Source of the DNA: a virus
Taxonomy: Duplodnaviria; Caudoviricetes
IMG/VR virus record: IMGVR_UViG_3300020120_000177
Coordinates: 1-32,590 of that record
Reading direction: 5' to 3' (one strand)
DNA: 32,590 nt
Shown one piece after another: positions 23,448 to 32,489 of this stretch. Position 1 is the first letter of the stretch, and each line of letters opens with the position of its first letter. The notes under the pieces were generated by a model. The model was not told the origin of the DNA, made no database searches, and saw nothing but the letters and a program-made list of their open reading frames with translations. The translations under genes were made by a program, and so were the position numbers.

Positions 23448-26105
23448 GTGTCCATCCAGGCTGCGAACCTCTACGCCCTCGTCAGCGTCCAGGGCGCTGG
23501 CCAGTCGGTCAGCGAGCTCGGGCGCGTCTCGGGCGCGGTCAACTCCACGCAGGGCACGCTCTCGAAGCTGACCGCGAACGCCCAGCAGGTCGGCAAGGGC
23601 ATGGGTCAGGTCGCCACCGGGCTCGTCCGCGTCGCCGAGTGGGCCGCGGCCGCGATCATCACCGCTGGCGGCGCGGCCGTCCGCGAGACGACCAGCTTCC
23701 AGGCCCAGATGGAGCTCATCAAGACGCAGGCCGGCGCGTCCCAGCAGGAGGTCATCAACCAGACGAAGGCCGTCCAGGACCTCGTCCACCAGGTGGGGAT
23801 GTCGCCCGACGCCCTCGCGAAGGGCCTGTACCACATCGAATCGGTCGGGGTCCGGGGCGCCGCGGCGCTCGACATCCTGAAGGCAGCCGCGCTTGGGGCG
23901 AACGTCGGCCTGGCCGACATGGAGAGCGTCTCGAACGCCCTCACCGCGGTCTGGTTCTCCGGGATCAAGGGCGCCAAGAGCATGACCGACGCCGTCGCCC
24001 AGCTCGATGGGATCGTCGGCGTCGGCAACATGCGGATGCAGGACATCACCGACTCGTTCCGGTCGGGCATCCTCGGCACCGCGGCGAACTACGGCATCGA
24101 CATCCGGAGCCTCGGCGCGGCGATCGCGACCCTCACCGATGCCGGCGTGCCTGCGATCAACGCCGCGACGCGCCTGTCGATGACGTTCACGCACATGGCC
24201 GCGCCCACGCAGGCCGCGCTCAAGCAGTTCAAGCTGCTCGGCCTCGGCCAGTACGACTTGGCCTATGACCTCCGGAAACCCGACGGCGTGTTCGTCGCGC
24301 TCAAGGACCTCCACGACCACCTGGCGAAGATCGGTGACATCGACGCGAAGGGCCAGCTGACGCCCCAGGGCGCCTCGATCGTCTCGAAGATCTTCGGCGG
24401 CAGCCGGTTCGGCGCGTCGGCCATGCAGCTGCTCAACCAGATGGACCGGGTCCAGCAGAAGTACGACGTCATCTCCACGCGCGCCGCCCAGTTCAGCGAC
24501 AACGTCGCGAAGACGATGGAGACCGCCGGGTTCTCCTGGCACCAGTTCATCAGCGACCTCCAGGAGGGCGGGATCGCGTTCGGTGAGGGCGTCCTGCCGT
24601 CGCTGGTCCACGGCCTCAAGGAGCTCGACAACTTCGTGGTCGCGCACACCCCAGACATCGCGAACCTCGGAGTGCAGGTCGGGGCAGCCATCGACAAGAT
24701 CGACTGGAAGGGCGTCGAGAAGGGCGCCGAGACGTTCGTCGGCTGGCTCCGGACCGGCTTCGACATCCTGAAGAACATCCCGGTCGAGGTCGATGCAACT
24801 GTCGCGGCATTCCTCGGGCTCAACAAGCTCTCGGGTGGCCTCCTCGGCACCGGGCTCAGCAACATCCTCGGCGGGCTCCTGAAGGGCGTCGGGAATGTCG
24901 CACTGGGCCTCCTGTCGAACGTCCCCGGCGTCGGTGGCGCCATCAGCGCCGCGACGGCCACGCGCGTGTTCATCGTGGGCGCCGCGCCTGGCGTCTTTGG
25001 ACCCGGGGGCCTCGGACCCATCGCACCAGCGGCTGCCGAAGGGCTGGGGCTCCTCGGTGGCCTGATCGTCGGCGGCGCGCTGCTCGTGTCGATCGCGGGC
25101 ATCACGGCCGAGGTCGCCGACATGTTCGGCTTCCGCAGCCAGCGGCAGGATCTCGAGGGGAAGTACAACCTCACGAACGCCCAGGCGCTTGCGCTTCAGG
25201 TCGAGCAGCACGGCGGCCTGCAGAGCTACGACACGCGATCGCGCGGCGGCATCGCCCAGGCCTTCATCGACGAGCACACGAACTACGCGGAGGCGCTCGC
25301 CGCGGCGCACGCGGCGATGCAGAACGTCGACACCCTCACGTCGTCGAGCAACGTCATGGCCAGCAGCATGGTGGCTGCCGGCGCGGCGTTCTCCACCGCG
25401 ATCGGGCCCCTCGAGGCCGCCATCAAGGCGAATACCGCCGCCCACGCGGCGGCGCACATGACCAAGCCGGGCTGGCTCGTCGCGTGGGAGAAGTCGGTCC
25501 ACCCCGAGCTCCGAAAGGGCATCACCGACGCGATCACCGGGCTCGGCTCGGGGAAGAACCTCGCCGCGAATGCGCGGTTCCTCGGCCTGAACCTCGGGAC
25601 GGGCGGGATCGGCGGTGGCGGGATCCACCTGGCCAAGGAGACCATCTCGCTCCTCAACGAGGCGAGGCTGCACACAAGCGATCCCGACACGAAGGCCGCG
25701 ATCACCACGGCGATCGCCCGGATCGAGGGGCGGATGCCGACCCTCCAGGCGAACCAGGCGAACATCGCCGCGGCCGACCGGATCGCGAGCTCGAGCGAGA
25801 CGCAGGCCCAGAAGCTCAGCGACCTAAACGCCGTCCTCGACGACGTGAGGAAGAACGGCGACCGCCTGACCCGCTCGCGGATCAACGCCCTGATCGCCGA
25901 GGTGAAGAAGCACCCCGACACGACCGGGCCCGGGCTCGGCGCCGACTACAAGGACCTCGCCGAGCGGCACCAGCCGACGAAGCTCAGCCAGACCCTGCAG
26001 GTGTTCAACCACATCGCGGCCACGCTCGTCGTCAGCGGCCAGGCGCTCTCGACCGTCGTCCTGTCGCAGGACCAGTTCATGCGCACCTACCAGCGGGACC
26101 TGTAG
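23448..26105 (+). CDS. Tape measure protein (TP901-type core)
   Basis: 885 aa, Ala/Gly-rich; ALAKGLYHIESVG, AATRL..F..MAAPT, IFGGSRFGASA. Confidence 0.93.
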   Translation: MSIQAANLYALVSVQGAGQSVSELGRVSGAVNSTQGTLSKLTANAQQVGKGMGQVATGLVRVAEWAAAAIITAGGAAVRETTSFQAQMELIKTQAGASQQEVINQTKAVQDLVHQVGMSPDALAKGLYHIESVGVRGAAALDILKAAALGANVGLADMESVSNALTAVWFSGIKGAKSMTDAVAQLDGIVGVGNMRMQDITDSFRSGILGTAANYGIDIRSLGAAIATLTDAGVPAINAATRLSMTFTHMAAPTQAALKQFKLLGLGQYDLAYDLRKPDGVFVALKDLHDHLAKIGDIDAKGQLTPQGASIVSKIFGGSRFGASAMQLLNQMDRVQQKYDVISTRAAQFSDNVAKTMETAGFSWHQFISDLQEGGIAFGEGVLPSLVHGLKELDNFVVAHTPDIANLGVQVGAAIDKIDWKGVEKGAETFVGWLRTGFDILKNIPVEVDATVAAFLGLNKLSGGLLGTGLSNILGGLLKGVGNVALGLLSNVPGVGGAISAATATRVFIVGAAPGVFGPGGLGPIAPAAAEGLGLLGGLIVGGALLVSIAGITAEVADMFGFRSQRQDLEGKYNLTNAQALALQVEQHGGLQSYDTRSRGGIAQAFIDEHTNYAEALAAAHAAMQNVDTLTSSSNVMASSMVAAGAAFSTAIGPLEAAIKANTAAHAAAHMTKPGWLVAWEKSVHPELRKGITDAITGLGSGKNLAANARFLGLNLGTGGIGGGGIHLAKETISLLNEARLHTSDPDTKAAITTAIARIEGRMPTLQANQANIAAADRIASSSETQAQKLSDLNAVLDDVRKNGDRLTRSRINALIAEVKKHPDTTGPGLGADYKDLAERHQPTKLSQTLQVFNHIAATLVVSGQALSTVVLSQDQFMRTYQRDL

Positions 26106-26109
26106 CCCG

Positions 26110-28014
26110 ATGGCCACGGTCAAGGTCCACGGCACCGATCGATCGGCGCAGTACACGCCGAACGAGCTGGGCGCGATCGACATCCAGTTCATGGCCCAGG
26201 ACGGCCAGCCGGGGCAGGGCTCGGCTCCGATCCCGGACCCCGCCGGCTCGCAGGTCCCGTACGCCGGGTTCAGCTTCCAGTTCCTCGTCGGCGCGACGCT
26301 GCTGTTCGACGGGTTCGTCGGCGGGATCACCCGCGATCGCGGCGTCGCGGCCGCCGGCAGCCGGCTCGTGAACACCTACGTCATCGGCGACGAGAACGCC
26401 GCGTTCCACGGCTTCCGGGCGTACCGCTGGGTCCGGCCGGCCGAGACGACGAAGGCGCGCTTCCTCGCGATGCTCGCGGCCTTCGTCCCGTGGGTCACGG
26501 ACACGACGTGGGTCACGAACGACGTCGTCGGCAACATGCCAAAGAAGACGTACACGACCGAGACGCTCTTCGACGAGGTCATGCAGGAGATCCGCGACCT
26601 CACCGGGAACACGGCGTTCATCGAGCACCACCGGGCCCACCTGCATCCTCCGACGCTCGGCATCACCGGCGGCCTGGCGTTCTCGGACACCTCGTACGAC
26701 TTCGCGAGCGCGTTCCCGATCTACAACCCGAAGCGCTCCAAGGACGCGATCGACCTCCGGACCGACATCATGGTCACGGTTCCGAAGGGCAAGGCCACAG
26801 CGTCCGACGCGACGGCGATCGCGCGCTACGACGCCGACGGGATCGTCCACCAGGGGCTCGTCGAGCTCGGCTCGGGCACCGTGGCCGAGGCCCAGACGAA
26901 GGCGAACCAGCTGCTGGCCGACGCAAAGGCCGAGAAGATCACCTACGAGTTCGATACGGGCCCGATGACCGCGGCGCAGGTCACCACGATCCCCGTCGGT
27001 TCGCTCGTCAACGTCACGTCCGCGGTCCTCGGGCTCTCGAGCTCGACGCAGCGGATCGCGGCGATGGGCCTCAAGTACATCCACCCCGACCGCTTCATGG
27101 TCCACATCGAGGCCGGTTTTCCGGTCCGCCGCCGGCGCGCTGCGCCGCGGACAGTCAACCCGGTCGACGCCATGAACGCCCAGGCGGACATCCAGCCGTG
27201 CGGCTCGCCGATGAGCCTCACCGAGTACGGCCTCCAGATCCTCGAGGGCGTCCGCGGCACGTGGTCCGTCGGTGGCCTCTCGACAGCCTGCGGTGGCGTC
27301 GCGCAGGTCGGCTGCGAGCTGGCGAACAACGTGGCGTGGCCGTCGACGGGCTGCGGCGTCGGGACGGGCGGCTGGAACGGCCACCTCGACCGCTGCCTGG
27401 CGGTCGGGTTCACGGCGCCGGCCGACTCGGACCAGCTGTTCGCCCGGCTCGACCTCAACGGCGTGCCGTGGGGCAACTATCACCTCGCACGGTGCTTCCT
27501 CGGGACCGTGCCGGCCAAGGACGGCGTCCTCGTCAGCGTGGTCGGCGGATCCGCGACGCCTGCCGTCGGCGACCTCGACACCACCGCGCCCACGCGCACG
27601 TTCGGCGCCGGCAACGAGGTCTACCTGCCGCGCTCGCTCTTCAGCTTCGGCGCCGGCAACCGGATCATCTTCCAGCCGGCCGAGCACGTGACGACGGACT
27701 TCGCCTGCACCTCGTACGTGCTCGGCGTCGGGATCAACGACTCCGGGATCCAGCTGACCCCGACCGTCCAGTTCTACTGCCTCGTCGACGGGACCTACGG
27801 CTGGATCGAGGCGCCGCCGCGAGAGGCGTTCGACGGCTCGACGACGACGTTCCACCTCATCGGCGGCTACACGCAGGTCGACCGCGCGACCCTGAACGGC
27901 GTCCTGCTCTCGAACGATGTCTGGTCGGCCACGGACGGCTCGACGATCGTGACGAAGGGCTGGGCGCCGAAGGCCGGCGACATCTTCCTCGCCCACTACT
28001 ACATCCCGCAGTGA
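26110..28014 (+). CDS. Tail tip/hub protein with C-terminal extension
   Basis: First gene after the tape measure; LFDGFV, DATAIARYD, IPVGSLVNVT hub-like pattern; C-terminal FDGSTTTF...LNGVLL module. Confidence 0.7.
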   Translation: MATVKVHGTDRSAQYTPNELGAIDIQFMAQDGQPGQGSAPIPDPAGSQVPYAGFSFQFLVGATLLFDGFVGGITRDRGVAAAGSRLVNTYVIGDENAAFHGFRAYRWVRPAETTKARFLAMLAAFVPWVTDTTWVTNDVVGNMPKKTYTTETLFDEVMQEIRDLTGNTAFIEHHRAHLHPPTLGITGGLAFSDTSYDFASAFPIYNPKRSKDAIDLRTDIMVTVPKGKATASDATAIARYDADGIVHQGLVELGSGTVAEAQTKANQLLADAKAEKITYEFDTGPMTAAQVTTIPVGSLVNVTSAVLGLSSSTQRIAAMGLKYIHPDRFMVHIEAGFPVRRRRAAPRTVNPVDAMNAQADIQPCGSPMSLTEYGLQILEGVRGTWSVGGLSTACGGVAQVGCELANNVAWPSTGCGVGTGGWNGHLDRCLAVGFTAPADSDQLFARLDLNGVPWGNYHLARCFLGTVPAKDGVLVSVVGGSATPAVGDLDTTAPTRTFGAGNEVYLPRSLFSFGAGNRIIFQPAEHVTTDFACTSYVLGVGINDSGIQLTPTVQFYCLVDGTYGWIEAPPREAFDGSTTTFHLIGGYTQVDRATLNGVLLSNDVWSATDGSTIVTKGWAPKAGDIFLAHYYIPQ

Positions 28015-28208
28015 TCTTCGTCGTCCTCACCCGCGCGCCGAGGTTTGCCGTGCGGGGCACAGCCCACCGGATCTGCTCGGATCCGCATCCGGGCGGCACG
28101 ATCCGGACCGTCTGCGGCCGCAATCTCCGGAACACGCCGACGCGCGCGACCGTGGCGCTCCACGAGCTCGTCGACGGGCTCGTCCTGTGCTCGAGGTGCG
28201 GCTCGTGA
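28011..28208 (+). CDS. Small Zn-binding protein
   Basis: AHR...TVCGR...LCSRC; GTGA overlaps at both ends. Confidence 0.65.
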   Translation: MIFVVLTRAPRFAVRGTAHRICSDPHPGGTIRTVCGRNLRNTPTRATVALHELVDGLVLCSRCGS

Positions 28209-29593
28209 GCAGCATCGGCCAGATCGACCTCAGCCGGCAGACCGCGATCGGCCTGCCGCGCGTCCTGCCGCTCGCGGCCGGTGGCACGGCGCGCGACGAC
28301 GGGCGGGCCGCCGGGCTCGTCCTGCGCGCGGTCAACGACTCGGGCGGGTCTCTGCTCGCGGGGCAGCTCGTCGTCGTGCGAGGTGCCTCGACGCTCGGCG
28401 GGAACAATCCGAAGGTCATCGGGCCGTCCGCGGCGATCGACTTCGCCATCGGCATCACCATCGCCGCCTGCGGGAACAACGAGCCCGTCGACATCCTCAC
28501 GCTCGGGCTGCACCAAGCTGCCCTGTCCGTCGGGACGATCACTCCTGGCGCGCTGCTCTTCCCGTCGACGACGCTCGGATACGTCACTGCCACCCGAGCC
28601 GCGGGTGCGATCCCGGTCGGTTACGCGATCACCGCGGCGTCCGGGACCTCGACGGTCGTGATGTGGTTCGACCCGACACCAGCAGGCTTCGCGCTCGAGC
28701 ACAAGCGCACGCTCGGGACGCCCGGGATCATGCGCCATGCCGATCTCCTCGAGTCGCTTGCCGCCGGGTACTTCAGCTACGACCCGAACTGCGGCGTCCA
28801 GACCCACGGCGGCCCCGCGGACATCAACGACCGCGACGCGACCACGTACGCGAGCGTGAACGGTTCGACGCGACCGGTCGTCATGGATGTCGGTCAGGGA
28901 AGCGACTATCGGTTCTCGACCATCGGCTGCCGGATGCTCATCGCCCACGGCGGCGGCCCAAACCCGAAGACGGCGACGATCTCAGGCTCGAACGACAACG
29001 TGACGTACACGACGATCACGACGGCATCCGTGTCGCTCGGCACAGCGGGGTCGCCGGTCGACAACACGCTCACGTGGGCGCCCACGATCCCCTACCGCTA
29101 CTACAAGTTCGAGGTCACGTCGGGCGAGACGCTCTGGGTGAGCACATACGAGCTCTATGAGGCCGTCGGCGAGTCGCTCCTCGTTCCGAACCCGGTCAGC
29201 GGCGGCCAGGGCTACCTCGATGCGGTGCTCGCGGCGATCTACGCCGGAGCGGTCGTGCCCGGCACCGCAGCCGGCGGCGACCTGTCCGGCACCTACCCGA
29301 ACCCGACGGTCGCGAAGGTCAACGGGGTTGCAGTGTCCGGCGCTCCGACGGCATCGCAGGTGCTCCGCGCCAGCAGCCCGACCGCGGCCGGCTGGTCGAA
29401 CGACGACCAGCTGAATGGCGTGACGGTCTCGGGAACTCCGGCACCGGGCATGGAGCTCGTCGCTGTGACTCCGACGATGGCGACGTGGCAGAACCAGAGC
29501 TCGGCGCTGCGCCCAATCATGGTCGCGGATACCGACGGCATCCATTGGAACGTCCTCGTCGATGGCAGCGGCAACGCGATCATGGCGAGCTAG
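28205..29593 (+). CDS. Fibre/receptor-binding protein (cement-like domain, discoidin-like domain, fibre repeats)
   Basis: NDSGGSLLAGQLV..AIGI..GALLF; ISGSNDNVTYTTI...YRYYKFEVT (F5/8-C-like); AGGDLSGTYPNPTVAKVNG. Confidence 0.7.
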   Translation: MSSIGQIDLSRQTAIGLPRVLPLAAGGTARDDGRAAGLVLRAVNDSGGSLLAGQLVVVRGASTLGGNNPKVIGPSAAIDFAIGITIAACGNNEPVDILTLGLHQAALSVGTITPGALLFPSTTLGYVTATRAAGAIPVGYAITAASGTSTVVMWFDPTPAGFALEHKRTLGTPGIMRHADLLESLAAGYFSYDPNCGVQTHGGPADINDRDATTYASVNGSTRPVVMDVGQGSDYRFSTIGCRMLIAHGGGPNPKTATISGSNDNVTYTTITTASVSLGTAGSPVDNTLTWAPTIPYRYYKFEVTSGETLWVSTYELYEAVGESLLVPNPVSGGQGYLDAVLAAIYAGAVVPGTAAGGDLSGTYPNPTVAKVNGVAVSGAPTASQVLRASSPTAAGWSNDDQLNGVTVSGTPAPGMELVAVTPTMATWQNQSSALRPIMVADTDGIHWNVLVDGSGNAIMAS

Positions 29594-29602
29594 GAGGCCG
29601 CG

Positions 29603-29830
29603 ATGGCGAACACCTACAACCTCGTCGGCATCCTGGCCACCGGCACGCTCGCTGCCCGCCCGTCGGCCACGACCGTCGCCACAGGGTCGCTGTACGCCGC
29701 GACCGACACCGGCGTCATCTATCAGTCGAACGGTGCGACGTGGTCGGTCTGGGCCACCGTCACCGGGACCGCTTCAGGCCCCGCGACCAATGCCGCGGGT
29801 CTCGTCTTCGCCGCCACCAGTTTCAGATAG
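29603..29830 (+). CDS. Small fibre-associated structural protein
   Basis: SD AGGAGG; GTLAARPSA..GSLYAATDTGVIYQSNGATW fibre motif. Confidence 0.7.
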   Translation: MANTYNLVGILATGTLAARPSATTVATGSLYAATDTGVIYQSNGATWSVWATVTGTASGPATNAAGLVFAATSFR

Positions 29831-29839
29831 GAGGCTCAG

Positions 29840-30262
29840 ATGGCCGCCGGAACCACCCCGATCTTCGTCGCCACCCCCAAGACCGCTGACGTCACGTTCG
29901 TCAACGGCGACGGCAAGACAGCGAAGACCCTCTACACAGCCGGCGCGAACGGCAGCCGGATCCTGTCGATCAACGCCGTCACGAACGATTCAGCGGCGAA
30001 CGACGTGAACCTGCTACTCAAGACGAACGGCGGTGGCGGAACGGCCCGAAACCTTGGCGGGAAGCGAGTCCCCGCGGCGTCGGGCGACCAGGTCGCCAGC
30101 ACGACCACCTCGGTCCAGATCCTCGACCCGGCGCAGATCGCCGGGCTCCTCGCGGACGGCTCGCTCCAGCTCGGCGCGACCGACGTTCTCCAGGTCGCGC
30201 CCGTCGCCGCGGTCACCAGCGGGAAGACGCTGACGATCGTCGTCCAGGCCGCGGACTACTAG
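29840..30262 (+). CDS. Virion structural protein (beta-sandwich)
   Basis: SD AGGAGG; PIFVATP, TLYTAGANGSRI..I; ends ADY. Confidence 0.7.
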   Translation: MAAGTTPIFVATPKTADVTFVNGDGKTAKTLYTAGANGSRILSINAVTNDSAANDVNLLLKTNGGGGTARNLGGKRVPAASGDQVASTTTSVQILDPAQIAGLLADGSLQLGATDVLQVAPVAAVTSGKTLTIVVQAADY

Positions 30263-30266
30263 ACCG

Positions 30267-30830
30267 ATGAGCGGACCGTACGGCCTGCCCCTCGGGCCTC
30301 TCAACCGGCTGCACGACTTCATCGTCCAGGCGGCCGCGTCGATCGGGCGGCCGCCGAAGAACGTCTACCGCCTTGTCGCGAAGAGCGACGGGCTCCACGT
30401 CATCAAGTGGGATGGCACCGACGTCGGACCGCTCGGTGCCGGGGGCGGCGGCGGCTCGCTCACGACCGCGTACGCCGACCAGACGACCGGGAACGTCAGC
30501 CTGACCACGGATACGCCGGCCGACGCCACCGGGGTCTCGATCTCGCTCGCCGCTGGGACGTGGGTGATCCTCGCCCAACTGACGATCGATACCGGCTCGG
30601 CGACGTACATCCTCCTCTACATCACCGACAACTCGAATGCCCAGGTCGGCGAGGCCCGCGGCACCAGGAGCGCCACCTCGCCGACGACGCTGTACGGCCA
30701 CGCTGTCGTCACGCCTGGCTCGACGACCACGTACAAGCTCCGCGGGCAGGCCGGCGCCGCAGCGACGCTGCTGCGCTACGCGGAGGGCACCATCATCGGC
30801 ACGAAGATCTTCGCGCTGAAGATCGCCTGA
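30267..30830 (+). CDS. Fibre protein with a Gly linker and a C1q/BclA-like C-terminal domain
   Basis: GAGGGGGS linker; ISLAAGTWVILAQ, VTPGSTTTYKLRG, IFALKIA. Confidence 0.7.
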   Translation: MSGPYGLPLGPLNRLHDFIVQAAASIGRPPKNVYRLVAKSDGLHVIKWDGTDVGPLGAGGGGGSLTTAYADQTTGNVSLTTDTPADATGVSISLAAGTWVILAQLTIDTGSATYILLYITDNSNAQVGEARGTRSATSPTTLYGHAVVTPGSTTTYKLRGQAGAAATLLRYAEGTIIGTKIFALKIA

Positions 30831-30863
30831 GCCGCGTCCGGGGCGCCTTACCGAGCAGCGCGG

Positions 30864-30881
30864 GCGTTCCGCGCGGAACGC
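30864..30881. terminator. Perfect 18-bp palindrome between convergent genes
   Basis: GCGTTCCGCGCGGAACGC; no U-tract. Confidence 0.45.
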
Positions 30882-30885
30882 TGCC

Positions 30886-31539
30886 TCAGCTCGCTTGCAC
30901 CTCGCGCCGCGCGGCGAGCGACAGGAAGCCGGCAGCCCCGCTTGCGATGATGACGAGGAAGAAGACCCAGTACGTCGCGCCTCCGACCACCTGGATCACG
31001 CCGAACCCGACGTTGACCACTGCCCAGAAGAGCGACCACGACCAGAAGGTCCGCCCCGGCCGCTGGAAGCACCGGATCGCGAAGTAGGCCGTGATGACGG
31101 CCGCGACGCCGTTCTCGATCGCCGCACCGTCGAGCCCGAGCCCGGCCTGGCCCAGCGCCGTGAGCTCCTGATACGCCTGCCACTGCTGGAGAGCCAGGAA
31201 CCCTGTCAGCGCGGCCGCGGCCAGCCATGCGAGGCCCGCGCCGAGAGCCATCTGTGACGAGTTCGCTTGGGCGATCGGCGCCGCCGCCGCGGCAGGAACG
31301 GCGGCTGGCGGAGCGGAAGGGCGCAGAGAGACCTCAGCGAGGGCTCGGCGGACGGCTGCCGTCTCGTCAGGCGCGTACACGTACTCGACCGTGAGGACCT
31401 GCTGCCCGAGCGCCTCGGACCAAGTCTCAGACCGGGGCACGTAGCCGTCATCGAGCGCTCGGCGCGCCGCAGCGTGGTACTGCGCCTCGGCGCCCTCGCG
31501 GGTCGCGGCGCGATAGGCGCCCGATCGTGGCTCGGTCAC
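30886..31539 (-). CDS. Membrane protein (soluble N-terminal domain plus about 4 TM); possible superinfection exclusion
   Basis: Four hydrophobic segments; SD GGTGG; same strand as the repressor. Confidence 0.7.
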   Translation of the reverse strand: MTEPRSGAYRAATREGAEAQYHAAARRALDDGYVPRSETWSEALGQQVLTVEYVYAPDETAAVRRALAEVSLRPSAPPAAVPAAAAAPIAQANSSQMALGAGLAWLAAAALTGFLALQQWQAYQELTALGQAGLGLDGAAIENGVAAVITAYFAIRCFQRPGRTFWSWSLFWAVVNVGFGVIQVVGGATYWVFFLVIIASGAAGFLSLAARREVQAS

Positions 31540-31613
31540 TTGTCCACCGTCATTGCCAGACGAGGTGTCACAGCTCGTCCACAGCGATCGTCGGTGAGCC
31601 GGGGATAAGTGCC

Positions 31614-31642
31614 TTGCGGCACGATCCCGGGAGGTTCATGCT
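31614..31642 (+). promoter_or_regulatory. Candidate promoter TTGCGG-N17-CATGCT facing the repressor 3' end
   Basis: -35 at 31614-31619, -10 at 31637-31642. Confidence 0.35.
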
Positions 31643-31712
31643 CGCCCGCTCGACGAGGACCGGGAACCTCGCGCCGGCGCTGGGGGAAGAACGCCGCACG
31701 AGGAACGACGTC

Positions 31713-31889
31713 ATGCAGCACCGCGCCGAGCCCGCCGAGATCCTGAATGCCCTCGAGTCCGACGTCGAACGCGCTACGGTCCGAGCGATCCGACGTCTGT
31801 CGCGGCTGCCTGCGGCTACCCGCCGCGAGCTCGACCCCTACGGGCTCCTGCTTCGACCGCGCGGGCGAGGCGTTCGGCGACTGGACTGA
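31713..31889 (+). CDS. Small helical protein overlapping the repressor 3' end in antisense
   Basis: SD GAGGA; MQHRAEPAEILNALESDVERATVRAIRRL...; alternative start at ATG 31638. Confidence 0.45.
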   Translation: MQHRAEPAEILNALESDVERATVRAIRRLSRLPAATRRELDPYGLLLRPRGRGVRRLD

Positions 31890-32142
31890 TCGGGCCCTTG
31901 GGCGGCCTGAGCAGAACATCGAGCTGATCGTCCTCGAGCTTCACGACGCGGGCGATCTCACGTAGGTCCCAGGCCGAGGGCGTGGCCTTGGCGGTCTCCC
32001 ACCGGGACACCGCCGCCTCGCTTCGATTGATCTTCTCGGCGAGCTCCGCCTGTGACATGCCAGCGATCGCCCTGAGCTGAACGATCGCCGGACCGAGGAG
32101 CCGCCGGTAGTCCTGCTCCTCGCCGGAGACCTTCACTGGCAC
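31816..32142 (-). CDS. Xre-family HTH immunity repressor
   Basis: LRAIAGMSQAELAEKINRSEAAVSRWETAKATP. Start placed at GTG 32142, 7 nt after the -10-like CATCCT; the ORF is open to 32232. Confidence 0.88.
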   Translation of the reverse strand: MPVKVSGEEQDYRRLLGPAIVQLRAIAGMSQAELAEKINRSEAAVSRWETAKATPSAWDLREIARVVKLEDDQLDVLLRPPKGPISPVAERLARAVEAGARRGRARGG

Positions 32143-32225
32143 GACGGCGAGGATGGGGCGTCGGTCGTGCGCGGACCATGCCTCGACCGCTGCCGGGTCG
32201 TCGTAATCGAGTGCTAGTCGCGCTA

Positions 32226-32254
32226 TTGACATGTTGGCAGCGTTACCGTAACTT
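32226..32254 (+). promoter_or_regulatory. Early lytic promoter TTGACA-N17-TAACTT with overlapping palindrome GTTACCGTAAC (candidate operator)
   Basis: -35 at 32226-32231, -10 at 32249-32254, palindrome at 32242-32252; cro ATG lies 7 nt after the -10. Confidence 0.8.
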
Positions 32255-32261
32255 CCCCGGC

Positions 32262-32489
32262 ATGCCTGAGACCCGAGTTTCGAAGACGCGACCGATGCAG
32301 CGGGTCGAGCGCCGCATCGGGCGGCCGCTCGAGGAGTACCTGGCCGCGGCCTATCGCTCGAAGACCCAGGAGCAGATCGGGATCGAGCTCGGTGTCGATC
32401 GCTCGACCGTCAACCGCTGGATGTTGGCCCTCGACATAGAGGCGCGATTTCCGGGGCAGAAGCCGCCCGACGCCGAGGCGGTCGCATGA
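32262..32489 (+). CDS. Cro-like HTH protein, probably leaderless
   Basis: TQEQIGIELGVDRSTVNRWM; divergent from the repressor. Confidence 0.85.
   Translation: MPETRVSKTRPMQRVERRIGRPLEEYLAAAYRSKTQEQIGIELGVDRSTVNRWMLALDIEARFPGQKPPDAEAVA

Noticed and set aside
13568-27996. Long - strand ORFs (e.g. 13568-15340, 23313-25673, 26077-27996)
   Set aside because: Antisense shadows of high-GC3 + strand genes; Arg/Gly-rich with no motifs.
17888-30262. Genome-wide TAG recoding, since many late genes end in TAG
   Set aside because: No conserved gene is interrupted by TAG, and the TAGs at 26105 and 30262 are followed by out-of-frame genes with their own starts.
26110-30830. Diversity-generating retroelement acting on fibre genes
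   Set aside because: No reverse transcriptase and no TR/VR pair differing at adenines was seen.
31540-31608. DnaA-box-like 9-mers TTGTCCACC, TCGTCCACA and TTATCCCCG (reverse)
   Set aside because: All are mismatched, the first overlaps the SD of the - strand gene, and there is no AT-rich unwinding element. Too weak to call an origin.
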